NCBI GenBank assembly: GCA_013178125.1 | Contig: JABLXJ010000006.1 | Span: 156,631 to 220,630 of the forward strand | Direction: 5' to 3' | DNA: 64,000 nucleotides | Source: Bacillota bacterium | GTDB lineage: Bacteria > Bacillota > SHA-98 > Ch115 > JABLXJ01 | Part shown: positions 49,703-58,705 of the stretch, piece by piece | How positions within the stretch are numbered: position 1 is the first letter of the stretch | How the letters are laid out: each line of letters begins with the position of its first letter | Program-made: the position numbers and the translations under genes | Notes under the pieces: model-generated | Seen by the model: the letters and a program-made list of their open reading frames with translations, nothing else | The model's database searches: none | Told to the model about the DNA's origin: nothing

Positions 49703-52444
49703 CTAACTGAGCTCCTTCAATCGCTTCTCGAGCTTCTCTATACGCTCGCTATATTCGACCAGGCGCATCCTCTCGCGCTCAACCACTTCCGGGTGGGCCC
49801 TGGTCACAAAGTTATGATTTTGGAGCTTTCTCTCGGATGCGGTGCGCGCCTCACGCACCGCAGACAAGTCGCTCCTGAGCCTCTCGATTTCCCTGTCCAC
49901 ATCTATGAGGCCCTCGACAGGCACGAATACCTCCACGCCCTTTGCTATAGCCGAGACAGCCTTACCGTGCCAGCCGGACCGTTCCCCCGTGAGCCCAAGC
50001 TCGGAGAGCCCGGCCATATGCGCTACGTAACCGCTATTATCCCTCAAGACCTCGAGGGATTCTCCGTGGACGACCATTACAGCCTTGATCTTACGCTGGG
50101 GCACTATGTTCAGCTCGGCCCGCAGGTTCCGCGTAGCCCGTATAACCTCCATGACGAGCCCCATTCTCGCCTCGGCATCCTCGTCCCTCAGCCTTTCATC
50201 ATAGCGTGGCCACGGCTTCACCATTATGCTGCCCTCCGTCCCGGGCAACGCCTGCCATATACCCTCCGTTATAAATGGCATGAAGGGATGTAGGAGCTTC
50301 AGGAGCTGCTGCAGCGTATACCACAGGACATACTGGGCAACCCTCCGCTGGCCCCGGCCCCAGCTTTCGCCAGTCCCGATCTCGTTGTCATACAGCCGTG
50401 GCTTCACCAGCTCGACGTACCAGTCGCAGAATTCGCTCCAGATGAAGTCGTAGAGGAGCCTGGCGGCCTCGCCGACCTCGTATTTCTCGAGGAACCTCGT
50501 AACCTCCCCGCTAACCTCGTTAACCCGGCTCAATATCCATCTATCCGGCAACGAAAGGTCGAGGCTCATCATGGCAGGACTCTCGACCTCACCAGAGTCA
50601 GCATCCCCCGCCCCCGCGGCCCCGGCATCCCCCCGGGCGCCCATCGCAGGGCTAAAATCGTGGAGGTTCATCATGACAAACCTCGAGGCATTCCATATCT
50701 TATTGGCGAAGTTGCGGCTTGCCTCAACCCTCTCATCCCGGAAACGCATATCGTTCCCCGGGGTGTTCCCTGTGACCAGGGTGAACCTCAGGGTATCCGC
50801 ACCATACTGGTCTATGAAATCAAGGGGATCGACGCCGGTTCCCAGGGACTTGCTCATCTTCCGGCCCTCAGGGTTTCGCACGAGCCCATGAATGAACACC
50901 TCGCGGAACGGGACCTCCTTCATGAACTCGAGGCCCATGAATATCATTCGCGCGACCCAGAAGAAGATTATGTCGTAGGCCGTGACGAGCACGGATGTCG
51001 GGTAGAAGTGGCGGAGCTCAGGCGTATCGTCCGGCCACCCCAGGGTCGAGAACGGCCAGAGCGCGGAGCTGAACCATGTATCCAGCACATCGGGATCCTG
51101 CTCGGTGCTGCGGCTCCCGCACCTGTTGCAGCTATCGGGGTCATCCCTCGATACAATCACCTCGCCGCAATCCCGGCAATACCAAACAGGAATGCGGTGG
51201 CCCCACCACAGCTGGCGCGAAATGCACCAGTCGTGGACATTCTCCATCCAGTTGAGGTATATCTTCGTAAACCGCTCAGGGATGAACCTGATCCTTCCCT
51301 CCTCAACGGCGCGGATCGCGGGCTCAGCCAACGGCTTCATCCTCACGAACCACTGCCTGGACAGGAGGGGCTCCACGGCGGTGTGGCATCGCTGACAGTG
51401 CCCCACAGCGTGATCGTAGTCCTCGACCTTGACCAGCAACCCCTTCTCTTCGAGCTCGGCTACCACGGCCTCGCGGCACTTATACCGGTCGAGGCCTGCA
51501 TACTTCCCCGCTGCAGCGGTCATGGCCCCATCCTCGCCTATAACCGTTATGCTCGGGAGCTTGTGCCGCATGCCCATCTCGAAGTCATTCGGGTCATGGG
51601 CAGGAGTAACCTTGACTGCGCCCGTGCCGAATTGCGGGTCTGCATATTCGTCGGCGATCACCGGGATCTCCCTCTCCATGATAGGGAGGATGACGGTCGT
51701 GCCGATATAGCCGGCGTAACGTTGGTCATGAGGGTTGACGGCGACCGCGACGTCGCCCAGCATGGTCTCCGGCCTGGTCGTGGCAACGGTGATAGCGCCC
51801 TCCCCGTCCTTGAACGGGTATTGAATGTAATACAGGGCGCCCCGCTCATCCTTGTGCTCCACCTCGAGATCGGAAAGCGACGTCTTGCAACGCGGGCACC
51901 AGTTTATGATATACTGACCCCGGTAAATCAAGCCCTTCTCGTAAAGGCGAACGAAGACCTCCCGGACGGCCCGGGAACACCCCTCGTCCATGGTAAACCT
52001 CTCGCGCTGCCAGTCGCATGAAGCTCCAAGCCTCTGGAGCTGGCCTATAATCCGGCCACCATACTTCCTCTTCCAGGCCCACACGCGCTCCAGGAATTTC
52101 TCCCTGCCCAGGTCATAACGGGTAAGGCCCTCCTTCACCAGGTCGGCCTCGACCTTCACCTGGGTTGCTATGCCGGCATGGTCGGTGCCCGGGACCCACA
52201 GGGTATTGTACCCCTGCATTCTCCGCCACCTTATGAGGATATCCTGGAGGGAGTTGTCCAGGGCATGTCCTATATGCAGCGAGCCCGTCACGTTCGGCGG
52301 CGGGATGACTATGCAGAAGGGGGTCTTATCCTTTTCGACCTCCGCGTGAAAGTAGTTACCCTGCAGCCAGAATTGATAAATATCCGCTTCCAGCTTGTGG
52401 GGATTGTATACACTCGGAATATCGGATTTGCCTATCGCTTCCAA
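49703..52444 (-). CDS. valS: Valine--tRNA ligase
   Basis: 913 aa with [19 protein letters not shown] and a C-terminal coiled-coil. It appears to use a TTG start. Confidence 0.95.
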   Translation of the reverse strand: MEAIGKSDIPSVYNPHKLEADIYQFWLQGNYFHAEVEKDKTPFCIVIPPPNVTGSLHIGHALDNSLQDILIRWRRMQGYNTLWVPGTDHAGIATQVKVEADLVKEGLTRYDLGREKFLERVWAWKRKYGGRIIGQLQRLGASCDWQRERFTMDEGCSRAVREVFVRLYEKGLIYRGQYIINWCPRCKTSLSDLEVEHKDERGALYYIQYPFKDGEGAITVATTRPETMLGDVAVAVNPHDQRYAGYIGTTVILPIMEREIPVIADEYADPQFGTGAVKVTPAHDPNDFEMGMRHKLPSITVIGEDGAMTAAAGKYAGLDRYKCREAVVAELEEKGLLVKVEDYDHAVGHCQRCHTAVEPLLSRQWFVRMKPLAEPAIRAVEEGRIRFIPERFTKIYLNWMENVHDWCISRQLWWGHRIPVWYCRDCGEVIVSRDDPDSCNRCGSRSTEQDPDVLDTWFSSALWPFSTLGWPDDTPELRHFYPTSVLVTAYDIIFFWVARMIFMGLEFMKEVPFREVFIHGLVRNPEGRKMSKSLGTGVDPLDFIDQYGADTLRFTLVTGNTPGNDMRFRDERVEASRNFANKIWNASRFVMMNLHDFSPAMGARGDAGAAGAGDADSGEVESPAMMSLDLSLPDRWILSRVNEVSGEVTRFLEKYEVGEAARLLYDFIWSEFCDWYVELVKPRLYDNEIGTGESWGRGQRRVAQYVLWYTLQQLLKLLHPFMPFITEGIWQALPGTEGSIMVKPWPRYDERLRDEDAEARMGLVMEVIRATRNLRAELNIVPQRKIKAVMVVHGESLEVLRDNSGYVAHMAGLSELGLTGERSGWHGKAVSAIAKGVEVFVPVEGLIDVDREIERLRSDLSAVREARTASERKLQNHNFVTRAHPEVVERERMRLVEYSERIEKLEKRLKELS

Positions 52445-52469
52445 AATAACTCACCAACCCTGTATTTAC

Positions 52470-52512
52470 ATGGAACAGAAACTCCCTTCGCCGCCGAAAA
52501 GGGCGAAGGGAG
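52470..52512 (-). terminator. Rho-independent terminator downstream of the EF-G paralog (11-bp perfect stem CTCCCTTCGCC/GGCGAAGGGAG followed by TTTCTGTT)
   Basis: Perfect inverted repeat 36 nt after the EF-G stop, with a T-rich tail on the minus strand. Confidence 0.55.
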
Positions 52513-52547
52513 CAGGCCTCCCCGGCCTCCCTGCCTTGGGCCCGAGG

Positions 52548-54635
52548 CTACTTTTCCTTCTCTCTCTCTTTGGCCGCGGCCTCGATGATCTGCTGACTTA
52601 TTTGGGCCGGGACCTCTTCATAATGGTCGAAATTCATGCTGTAATGTCCCCTGCCTCCTGTAATGGATCGCAGGTCAATGGCATACTTGAACATCTCGGC
52701 CATCGGGACTAGGGCCTTAATGACCTGGTTCTTGCCGCTCGGCTCCATCCCGAGGATCTTGCCGCGCCTCTTGTTCAGGTCGCCCATGATATCGCCCATA
52801 TAGGCCTCAGGGATAACCACCTCGACATTCATTATGGGCTCGAGCAGCACAGGCTTGGCATCCATGGCCCCCTTCTTGAGAGCCATGGAGGCGGCTATCT
52901 TGAATGCCATCTCGGACGAGTCCACGGGGTGGTATGAACCATCATAGAGCGTGACCTTTATATCAACCAGCGGGTAGCCAGCCAGCACGCCCTCCACCAG
53001 GGCTTCCCGTACGCCCTTCTCGACGGCGGGGATATACTGGCGCGGAACAGCGCCGCCGAAGATCTTGTCAACGAACTCAAAACTGCCGCCCGGGGGCAGG
53101 GGCTCGAGCTCGAGCCACACATGACCGTACTGGCCGCGGCCCCCTGTCTGCTTCTTGTGCTTGCCCTCGACCTTGACAGTGCCCCGGATGGTCTCCCTGT
53201 AAGGCACCCTGGGGGTATCAAGAGTCACATCGACTCCGAACTTCCGCTTCAGCCTGTCGGCTATAACCTCCAGGTGCTGCTCGCCCATGCCTGATATGAT
53301 CGTCTGCCCGGTCTCGACGTCCTTCTTGACTTTAAAGGTCGGGTCTTCCTCTGCTAACCTGGCAAGCCCCGCACCAATCTTGTCCTCATCCCCCTTGGAT
53401 TTAGGCTCGACTGCCATCGAGAGCGCAGGTTCGGGGAAGGCGATGCCATTGAAGATAATTGGATGCTCTTTATCACAGAGCGTCTCCCCGGTTGATGTCT
53501 CCTGGAGCTTCGCCACGGCCGCTACATCGCCGGCTATGACCTCCTGCGTCGCCTCCTGCTGCTTCCCTCGCATGAAGAAAACCTGACCGACCCGTTCCTG
53601 TTTATCCTTATTGGCGTTATAAACCTGGGAATCTGAATGTAGCATACCCGAGTAAACCTTGAAGAATGTCAGCTTGCCCACGTATGGGTCGGCCATGGTC
53701 TTGAAAACAAAGGCCGAGAACGGTTGATCTGCCTTCAACTCCCGCGTCTCATTCTGCTTGGAAGCAGGGTTTACCCCTTCGGCGCCGCCCATTTCACCGG
53801 GGAACGGCAGATAGTTGACGAGCGCATCCATTAGAGGCTGAATCCCGATGTTCTTGAGGCTGGAGCCGCAGAAAATGGGAATGGCCTTGCCGGCCTTGAC
53901 CCCTTCTGCTAGTCCGCGCCTGATCTCATCCTCAGTTAGCTCCTGGCCATCAAGGTATTTCTCGATTAGTTCATCATCATTTTCGGCCGCGACCTCCAGC
54001 ATCATGTCCCGGTAGGTCTTCGCCCTCTCTTGTAGGTCCGCAGGGATGTCAGCCGTCCTGGTCTTCCGCCCTCCGGCATCCGGGAGGATGGCTTTCATGC
54101 TGACCAAGTCGACAACCCCTGCAAATGAATCCTGGGACCCGATGGGGACTTGAACAGGCACGACATGCTGGCCGAACTGGCCCCGGAGAGCGTCGACGAC
54201 CTTGTAGAAATCCGCATTCTCCCGGTCCATCTTATTTATAAAGGCGATGCGCGGCAGGCCTCTCTCGTCCGCAAAGCCCCATACATTCTCCGAACCAACC
54301 TCGACGCCGGATACCGCGCAAAAAACCATGACAGCTGCGTCCGCCACCCTGAGTCCGCTCTTCACTTCCCCGACAAAATCCGCAAAACCGGGTGTATCAA
54401 TTATATTGATCTTACTCCCGGCCCACTCGCACGGCGCAATTGCCGTATTAATCGATATCTTCCGTTTAATCTCTTCGGGGTCATAGTCCGTCGTAGCCGT
54501 GCCCTCATCAACCTTGCCCAGTCGATCGATGGCCCCTGCGTCATACAAAATCGCCTCAGCGAGGCTCGTCTTGCCCGCCCCGCCATGGGCAACCAAGGCT
54601 ACGTTCCTCAGTTGCTCTGTCTTGTATTTCCCCAA
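52548..54635 (-). CDS. Elongation factor G paralog (EF-G2-like translational GTPase)
   Basis: AHGGAGKTS G1, DTPGFADF G3, and all five EF-G domains present. It is not in an rpsL-rpsG-fusA-tuf context, so it is likely a second copy. Confidence 0.85.
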   Translation of the reverse strand: MGKYKTEQLRNVALVAHGGAGKTSLAEAILYDAGAIDRLGKVDEGTATTDYDPEEIKRKISINTAIAPCEWAGSKINIIDTPGFADFVGEVKSGLRVADAAVMVFCAVSGVEVGSENVWGFADERGLPRIAFINKMDRENADFYKVVDALRGQFGQHVVPVQVPIGSQDSFAGVVDLVSMKAILPDAGGRKTRTADIPADLQERAKTYRDMMLEVAAENDDELIEKYLDGQELTEDEIRRGLAEGVKAGKAIPIFCGSSLKNIGIQPLMDALVNYLPFPGEMGGAEGVNPASKQNETRELKADQPFSAFVFKTMADPYVGKLTFFKVYSGMLHSDSQVYNANKDKQERVGQVFFMRGKQQEATQEVIAGDVAAVAKLQETSTGETLCDKEHPIIFNGIAFPEPALSMAVEPKSKGDEDKIGAGLARLAEEDPTFKVKKDVETGQTIISGMGEQHLEVIADRLKRKFGVDVTLDTPRVPYRETIRGTVKVEGKHKKQTGGRGQYGHVWLELEPLPPGGSFEFVDKIFGGAVPRQYIPAVEKGVREALVEGVLAGYPLVDIKVTLYDGSYHPVDSSEMAFKIAASMALKKGAMDAKPVLLEPIMNVEVVIPEAYMGDIMGDLNKRRGKILGMEPSGKNQVIKALVPMAEMFKYAIDLRSITGGRGHYSMNFDHYEEVPAQISQQIIEAAAKEREKEK

Positions 54636-54797
54636 GCAAATCTCCTCCTTGAACCGTTCTACAGGGATAATTCTCGCTTATATTATTTTACACTTGCCAA
54701 TGCCTGAGTTCAAGGGCATTAGGGCATTTTGTCTGCCCTTGTTTGCCTTATACAATGCTAATGCCCGGGGAACGCGTTCAAGGATATCCCGGCCGGC

Positions 54798-56165
54798 TCA
54801 GTCGAACTCCTGCGTAAAAATTATTCCGAAGGTCGTAACCGTTTCGTCTTCGTCACCCGACGGGTCGTAAAGGTAGACCTTCCTCGAATGCCCGATCTCG
54901 ACGGCGATCCTCCTGATATCGTCCAGGTCCTCCGAGAGCTTGATCTCAAGCATTCGCTTATCATAGTTCCCGTCCATTAAATCCTCATCCATATACCCCT
55001 TATACTGCGATCCAGCCTTAATGCTCAGGATGGGGACCCCGGTGCCCTGCCCCAATGGGAACTCCACCCTAGCAGAAAGAAGCCTGGTGCCCTTCCCGGA
55101 CCCGGGCGAGGAAGGGAACACTACATGACCTATCTCGCCGATAACCTCAAATGCGACGTTATCCAGCCGTTTCCCGCTCACCTCAACCCTGGCGCTCCCA
55201 GAAAGGGAATCCTTATCTGCAGACAATACAAAGGCTTTATATGCCCTCTCGAGAACCCCTCTGATCGCGAGCCTGGCCGCGGGCCTGTATTCCCCTTCTA
55301 TCGAAATCAGATTGCGAATATAGGTCTTATCAGGGGCATTGACATAGTTCTTGAATAGCCGTTCTATGGCTATCCCGCCACCAATGCGTCTCCTGTAGGG
55401 ACTCCTAACGCTGAATGTGAGGAGCTCGGTGGCTGAATCATTCACCGGGTTTTCATGGAACCCCTTCTCCACCCGGGAGAAATCCCCCGCCAGCCTGAAT
55501 ATATTGGGGGGTCGGACATTCAAGCCGAAGGCTATCTCTCTCGTAGTATAATCCCTGTACGACTTGCTATCATACAGGCTGTCACCAGACTTGAGGGTCG
55601 TTTCGATGGAAAAACTCCTCGGGACCGGCTCCCATTTTATCTTAAGCCTCCGGGCGTTCTGGAGGTTTAGATAGCCGACCTCACCCTCATCTGCTTCAAT
55701 GATGCTTTTCACCACATACCCGGCCTCCAGGGAGAATCGCTTTGCAGGCTTATACTTGAAATCAAGCTCCGCAGCCGTATCAGCCGAGAAACCATGCAGC
55801 TCCGGGGCTTTAACGCTCAAGGCGGCACCCGCATCCACTATCCTGTTCCCGCGGAGGTCCACCCCGACAGTGAACCCGGATTCGTCCTTTAGTTCCCCCG
55901 TATAGCCGCCGCACCCGCCCGTGAGTTTTCCGGACAGCCCCATGCTGAATCTCCCGTGCACGTCCAGCTGCAAGGCGTCCCCGCGGGGAGCCACAATCCT
56001 GCTGATATCGGCAGGTTCGCCGGCACCTTCCAGCGACATTGCGATTGCTGCCTGATGCCCGACGATCACGCTCGCTATTGTTAGAATCCACATCCATATA
56101 GGGATGAAGAAGCGAATCCGAAAAGTCCTTCGGTACCCCAGGATGAACCCCCCTCCCGGGCGCAT
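54798..56165 (-). CDS. Hypothetical secreted beta-rich protein; possible outer-membrane beta-barrel
   Basis: Signal-peptide-like MWILTIASVIVGHQAAIA, then ~410 aa of alternating hydrophobic/hydrophilic short strands ending ...TFGIIFTQEFD. No recognisable family. Confidence 0.4.
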   Translation of the reverse strand: MRPGGGFILGYRRTFRIRFFIPIWMWILTIASVIVGHQAAIAMSLEGAGEPADISRIVAPRGDALQLDVHGRFSMGLSGKLTGGCGGYTGELKDESGFTVGVDLRGNRIVDAGAALSVKAPELHGFSADTAAELDFKYKPAKRFSLEAGYVVKSIIEADEGEVGYLNLQNARRLKIKWEPVPRSFSIETTLKSGDSLYDSKSYRDYTTREIAFGLNVRPPNIFRLAGDFSRVEKGFHENPVNDSATELLTFSVRSPYRRRIGGGIAIERLFKNYVNAPDKTYIRNLISIEGEYRPAARLAIRGVLERAYKAFVLSADKDSLSGSARVEVSGKRLDNVAFEVIGEIGHVVFPSSPGSGKGTRLLSARVEFPLGQGTGVPILSIKAGSQYKGYMDEDLMDGNYDKRMLEIKLSEDLDDIRRIAVEIGHSRKVYLYDPSGDEDETVTTFGIIFTQEFD

Positions 56166-56340
56166 TCATGGCCCGATAGTCCGCTGGCTCGATACGCCAG
56201 TGCTGCAATCCCAGGATACCATCATATTCCATAAATGTCAATAAAACTTTCGGGTGATTTCGATGAATCCCGATTTTGATCGCGATTGATTTCGACACGA
56301 CTGTATGACGCTGCAAGTTAGCCTAAATCAGACAATGTTG

Positions 56341-56598
56341 TCACTTGACGAGCCCGAGCTCTCTGGCCTTTCTAAAGACCTCGCACTCCTCGCAGCGCCC
56401 GTCGCAATCCATGCAGTCCTCCTCCACCTCCCAGCAATTAAGCCCACGCGCGTGAATTTCGCAATTTAAATACAAGCTTGCGGGGCAGCCACGGATCGCG
56501 CGACAATCCTTGAAGCCCCCACCCGGGAGTTCCCGGCCCGACAAAGCCTCCTGCAACACAACCGCCTCCGCATCCTCGGGATTCTTATGACTTCGCAT
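56341..56598 (-). CDS. Small Cys-rich protein (85 aa, 10 Cys) of unknown function
   Basis: CRAIRGCPASLYLNCEIHARGLNCWEVEEDCMDCDGRCEECEV, which looks like a metal- or Fe-S-binding mini-protein. Confidence 0.4.
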   Translation of the reverse strand: MRSHKNPEDAEAVVLQEALSGRELPGGGFKDCRAIRGCPASLYLNCEIHARGLNCWEVEEDCMDCDGRCEECEVFRKARELGLVK

Positions 56599-56631
56599 GA
56601 CTTCTTGTGATTCTTCTTATGGCTCTATGCA

Positions 56632-57495
56632 TCATTCTGTAGTTTTCTCGTTGCCGCGCTGCGCCTTCTTCGTCGACGTGGAGCCCAGGCTCCCGGCCCG
56701 CTCGGCCGCGGCGACCACAGCGTCCATCAAAGCCCCCCTCACCCCGCCCCTTTCCATGGCGTGGAGGCCTGCTATGGTGGTCCCTCCGGGCGAAGTCACC
56801 ATGTCCCTCAGCTTCGCCGGATGCTCGCCTGTCTCGAGGACCATCTTCGCCGCGCCTAGGACCGTCTGGGCGGCAAGGATGAGGGCCTGGTCCTTGCGAA
56901 AGCCGATTCGCACCCCCCCATCGGCCAGGGCCTCGATAACCGTGTAGACGAATCCGGGCCCGCTGCCGCTCAAGGCCGTTACGCTGTTCATCAATGACTC
57001 ATCAATCTCTACGACCACAGCCATCTTCCTGAGAAGCTCGAGGAGCCAGCCGGCATCCGCGGCATCTATGTGCTTCCCGAGGCAAAAGGCGATCGCCCCG
57101 GCGCCGAGCGAGCACGGCGTATTGGGCATGATGCGCATCACCTTTACCTCTTCGCCGAGCATGGTCTCCACATAATTCAACTCGATGCCCGCGGCCAACG
57201 TCACGATTATGCTCCCGGGCCTAATCATCCCGCGCAGCTCAAGGAGCACACCGGATATAACCTGCGGCTTGACCGCTAGGAATAAGGCATCAGCCTGCCG
57301 GGCAACCTCTATGTTGCTGGGGACGGCGGTTACGCCCAGGTCGTTACTGATGGATGCCAGCCTCTCGCAGCTCGCATCGCTCGCGACTATGTTGGACGGA
57401 TCTACGTACGCGAAACCAATCAAGCCCTTCATCAAGGCCTCGGCTATCGTGCCTGCCCCAATAAAACCTATCGTATGTGACAATACTAGACTCAC
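56632..57495 (-). CDS. proC: Pyrroline-5-carboxylate reductase
   Basis: IGFIGAGTIAEAL Rossmann fold and a P5CR C-terminal dimerisation domain. Confidence 0.85.
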   Translation of the reverse strand: MSLVLSHTIGFIGAGTIAEALMKGLIGFAYVDPSNIVASDASCERLASISNDLGVTAVPSNIEVARQADALFLAVKPQVISGVLLELRGMIRPGSIIVTLAAGIELNYVETMLGEEVKVMRIMPNTPCSLGAGAIAFCLGKHIDAADAGWLLELLRKMAVVVEIDESLMNSVTALSGSGPGFVYTVIEALADGGVRIGFRKDQALILAAQTVLGAAKMVLETGEHPAKLRDMVTSPGGTTIAGLHAMERGGVRGALMDAVVAAAERAGSLGSTSTKKAQRGNEKTTE

Positions 57496-57919
57496 CTCTT
57501 CCCGGGTTTGCCTGAATCCTGCAGGCGAAATATGCTTTGCAATCTATATCTTCTATAGTTGGCAAGTATAGTTGGCAAGAATTAGTACGGCAGGGATTCC
57601 TGAATTTTATATTTCCTTCGCCACCCTGGTCAATAATCCTTCAGTTTCCTCTTAGCTCAGTATGAAAAATTCACCAATTTCCCCAGGTAGCAGTTAGGTA
57701 GCTGCCATACCCCATAGGCTTCATTTAGAGGCAATTCCGGCGGAGCCAACTCCAGTCCACGGGTATAACAAACGGGTATAACAAACAGATGGCAGGAAAT
57801 CCACCCAGTGTCATTGAAATAAGCAATGGGGCCTCTCCTGTATAAATCACCGTCAAACCCCTAATATGTTAACCCTTGAACGATAGAGATGAACAGAAGC
57901 GCTAGAAAGGTGAGATGGC

Positions 57920-58504
57920 TTGAGAATCATTGTAGGCTTGAGCGGCGCGACCGGCGCAATTTACGGCATAACCCTCCTGAAGACCTTGAGGGATCTCGAG
58001 ATCGAAACACACCTGGTGCTCACCCCGTGGGCCGAGGCCACCATAAAGGCGGAGACCGACTACTCCCCTGAGGAGGTAATGAGCCTTGGCACCCACACCC
58101 ATGCCCATGACGACCTCGCCGCCCCGATTGCGAGCGGGACCTGCCCCACAGATGCCATGGTGATCGCCCCCTGCAGCATGAAGACCCTGGCGGCGATCGC
58201 AAGTGGCTATTCCGATAATCTCCTCACGCGGGCGGCCGACGTGATGATCAAGGAGCGCCGTCCCCTGGTGCTCGTAGCCCGGGAGACCCCCCTTTCCCCG
58301 ATCCATCTCGAGAACATGCTCAAGCTCGCTCAGGCAGGCGCCGTCATCCTGCCCCCGGTCCCATCCTTCTACCAGCGGCCATCAACAGTAGAGGATATCG
58401 TCAAGGGGACGGTCGCGAAGATTCTCGACCAGCTCCGGATCAAGCATAACCTAGTGCCCCCATGGGGGCAGGAAACAAAAAAAGGAATTATGAGGAGATC
58501 GTAG
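57920..58504 (+). CDS. ubiX: Flavin prenyltransferase UbiX
   Basis: RIIVGLSGATGAIYG... flavoprotein fold; TTG start with an AAGGTGAG RBS. Confidence 0.85.
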   Translation: MRIIVGLSGATGAIYGITLLKTLRDLEIETHLVLTPWAEATIKAETDYSPEEVMSLGTHTHAHDDLAAPIASGTCPTDAMVIAPCSMKTLAAIASGYSDNLLTRAADVMIKERRPLVLVARETPLSPIHLENMLKLAQAGAVILPPVPSFYQRPSTVEDIVKGTVAKILDQLRIKHNLVPPWGQETKKGIMRRS

Positions 58505-58572
58505 GAGGAATATTCCTAAGGAGGGTATACTATATGGAATTTATGAAGAATTATTAAGTAAGGAATTATAAT

Positions 58573-58590
58573 GGGCTCCCGGAGGAGCCC
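58573..58590 (-). terminator. Possible terminator hairpin GGGCTCC-CGGA-GGAGCCC between convergent ubiX and ndh2
   Basis: 7-bp perfect stem, followed on the minus strand by ATTATAATT. Confidence 0.3.
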
Positions 58591-58705
58591 CAAAACTCGT
58601 CCCGCCCCACAAACGGAACATTATTCAAATCCAACGAGAGTATGGTGCATGGCACCTATGAAGGTATAGCGCCGATGAAAGGCCAGACACAAAGGCTGGA
58701 CACCG

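Noticed and set aside
50660-52021. 453-aa plus-strand ORF opposite valS
   Set aside because: Antisense to valyl-tRNA synthetase; no motifs; an artefact of GC-rich third positions.
52445-52547. T-box riboswitch leader for valS
   Set aside because: Only ~100 nt is available, most of it occupied by the EF-G terminator hairpin. No specifier or T-box consensus is visible.
57555-57580. Sigma-54 promoter (TTGGCAAG-TATAG-TTGGCA)
   Set aside because: Spacing and the -12 element do not fit TGGCAC-N5-TTGCA; it is more simply a 13-bp tandem duplication.
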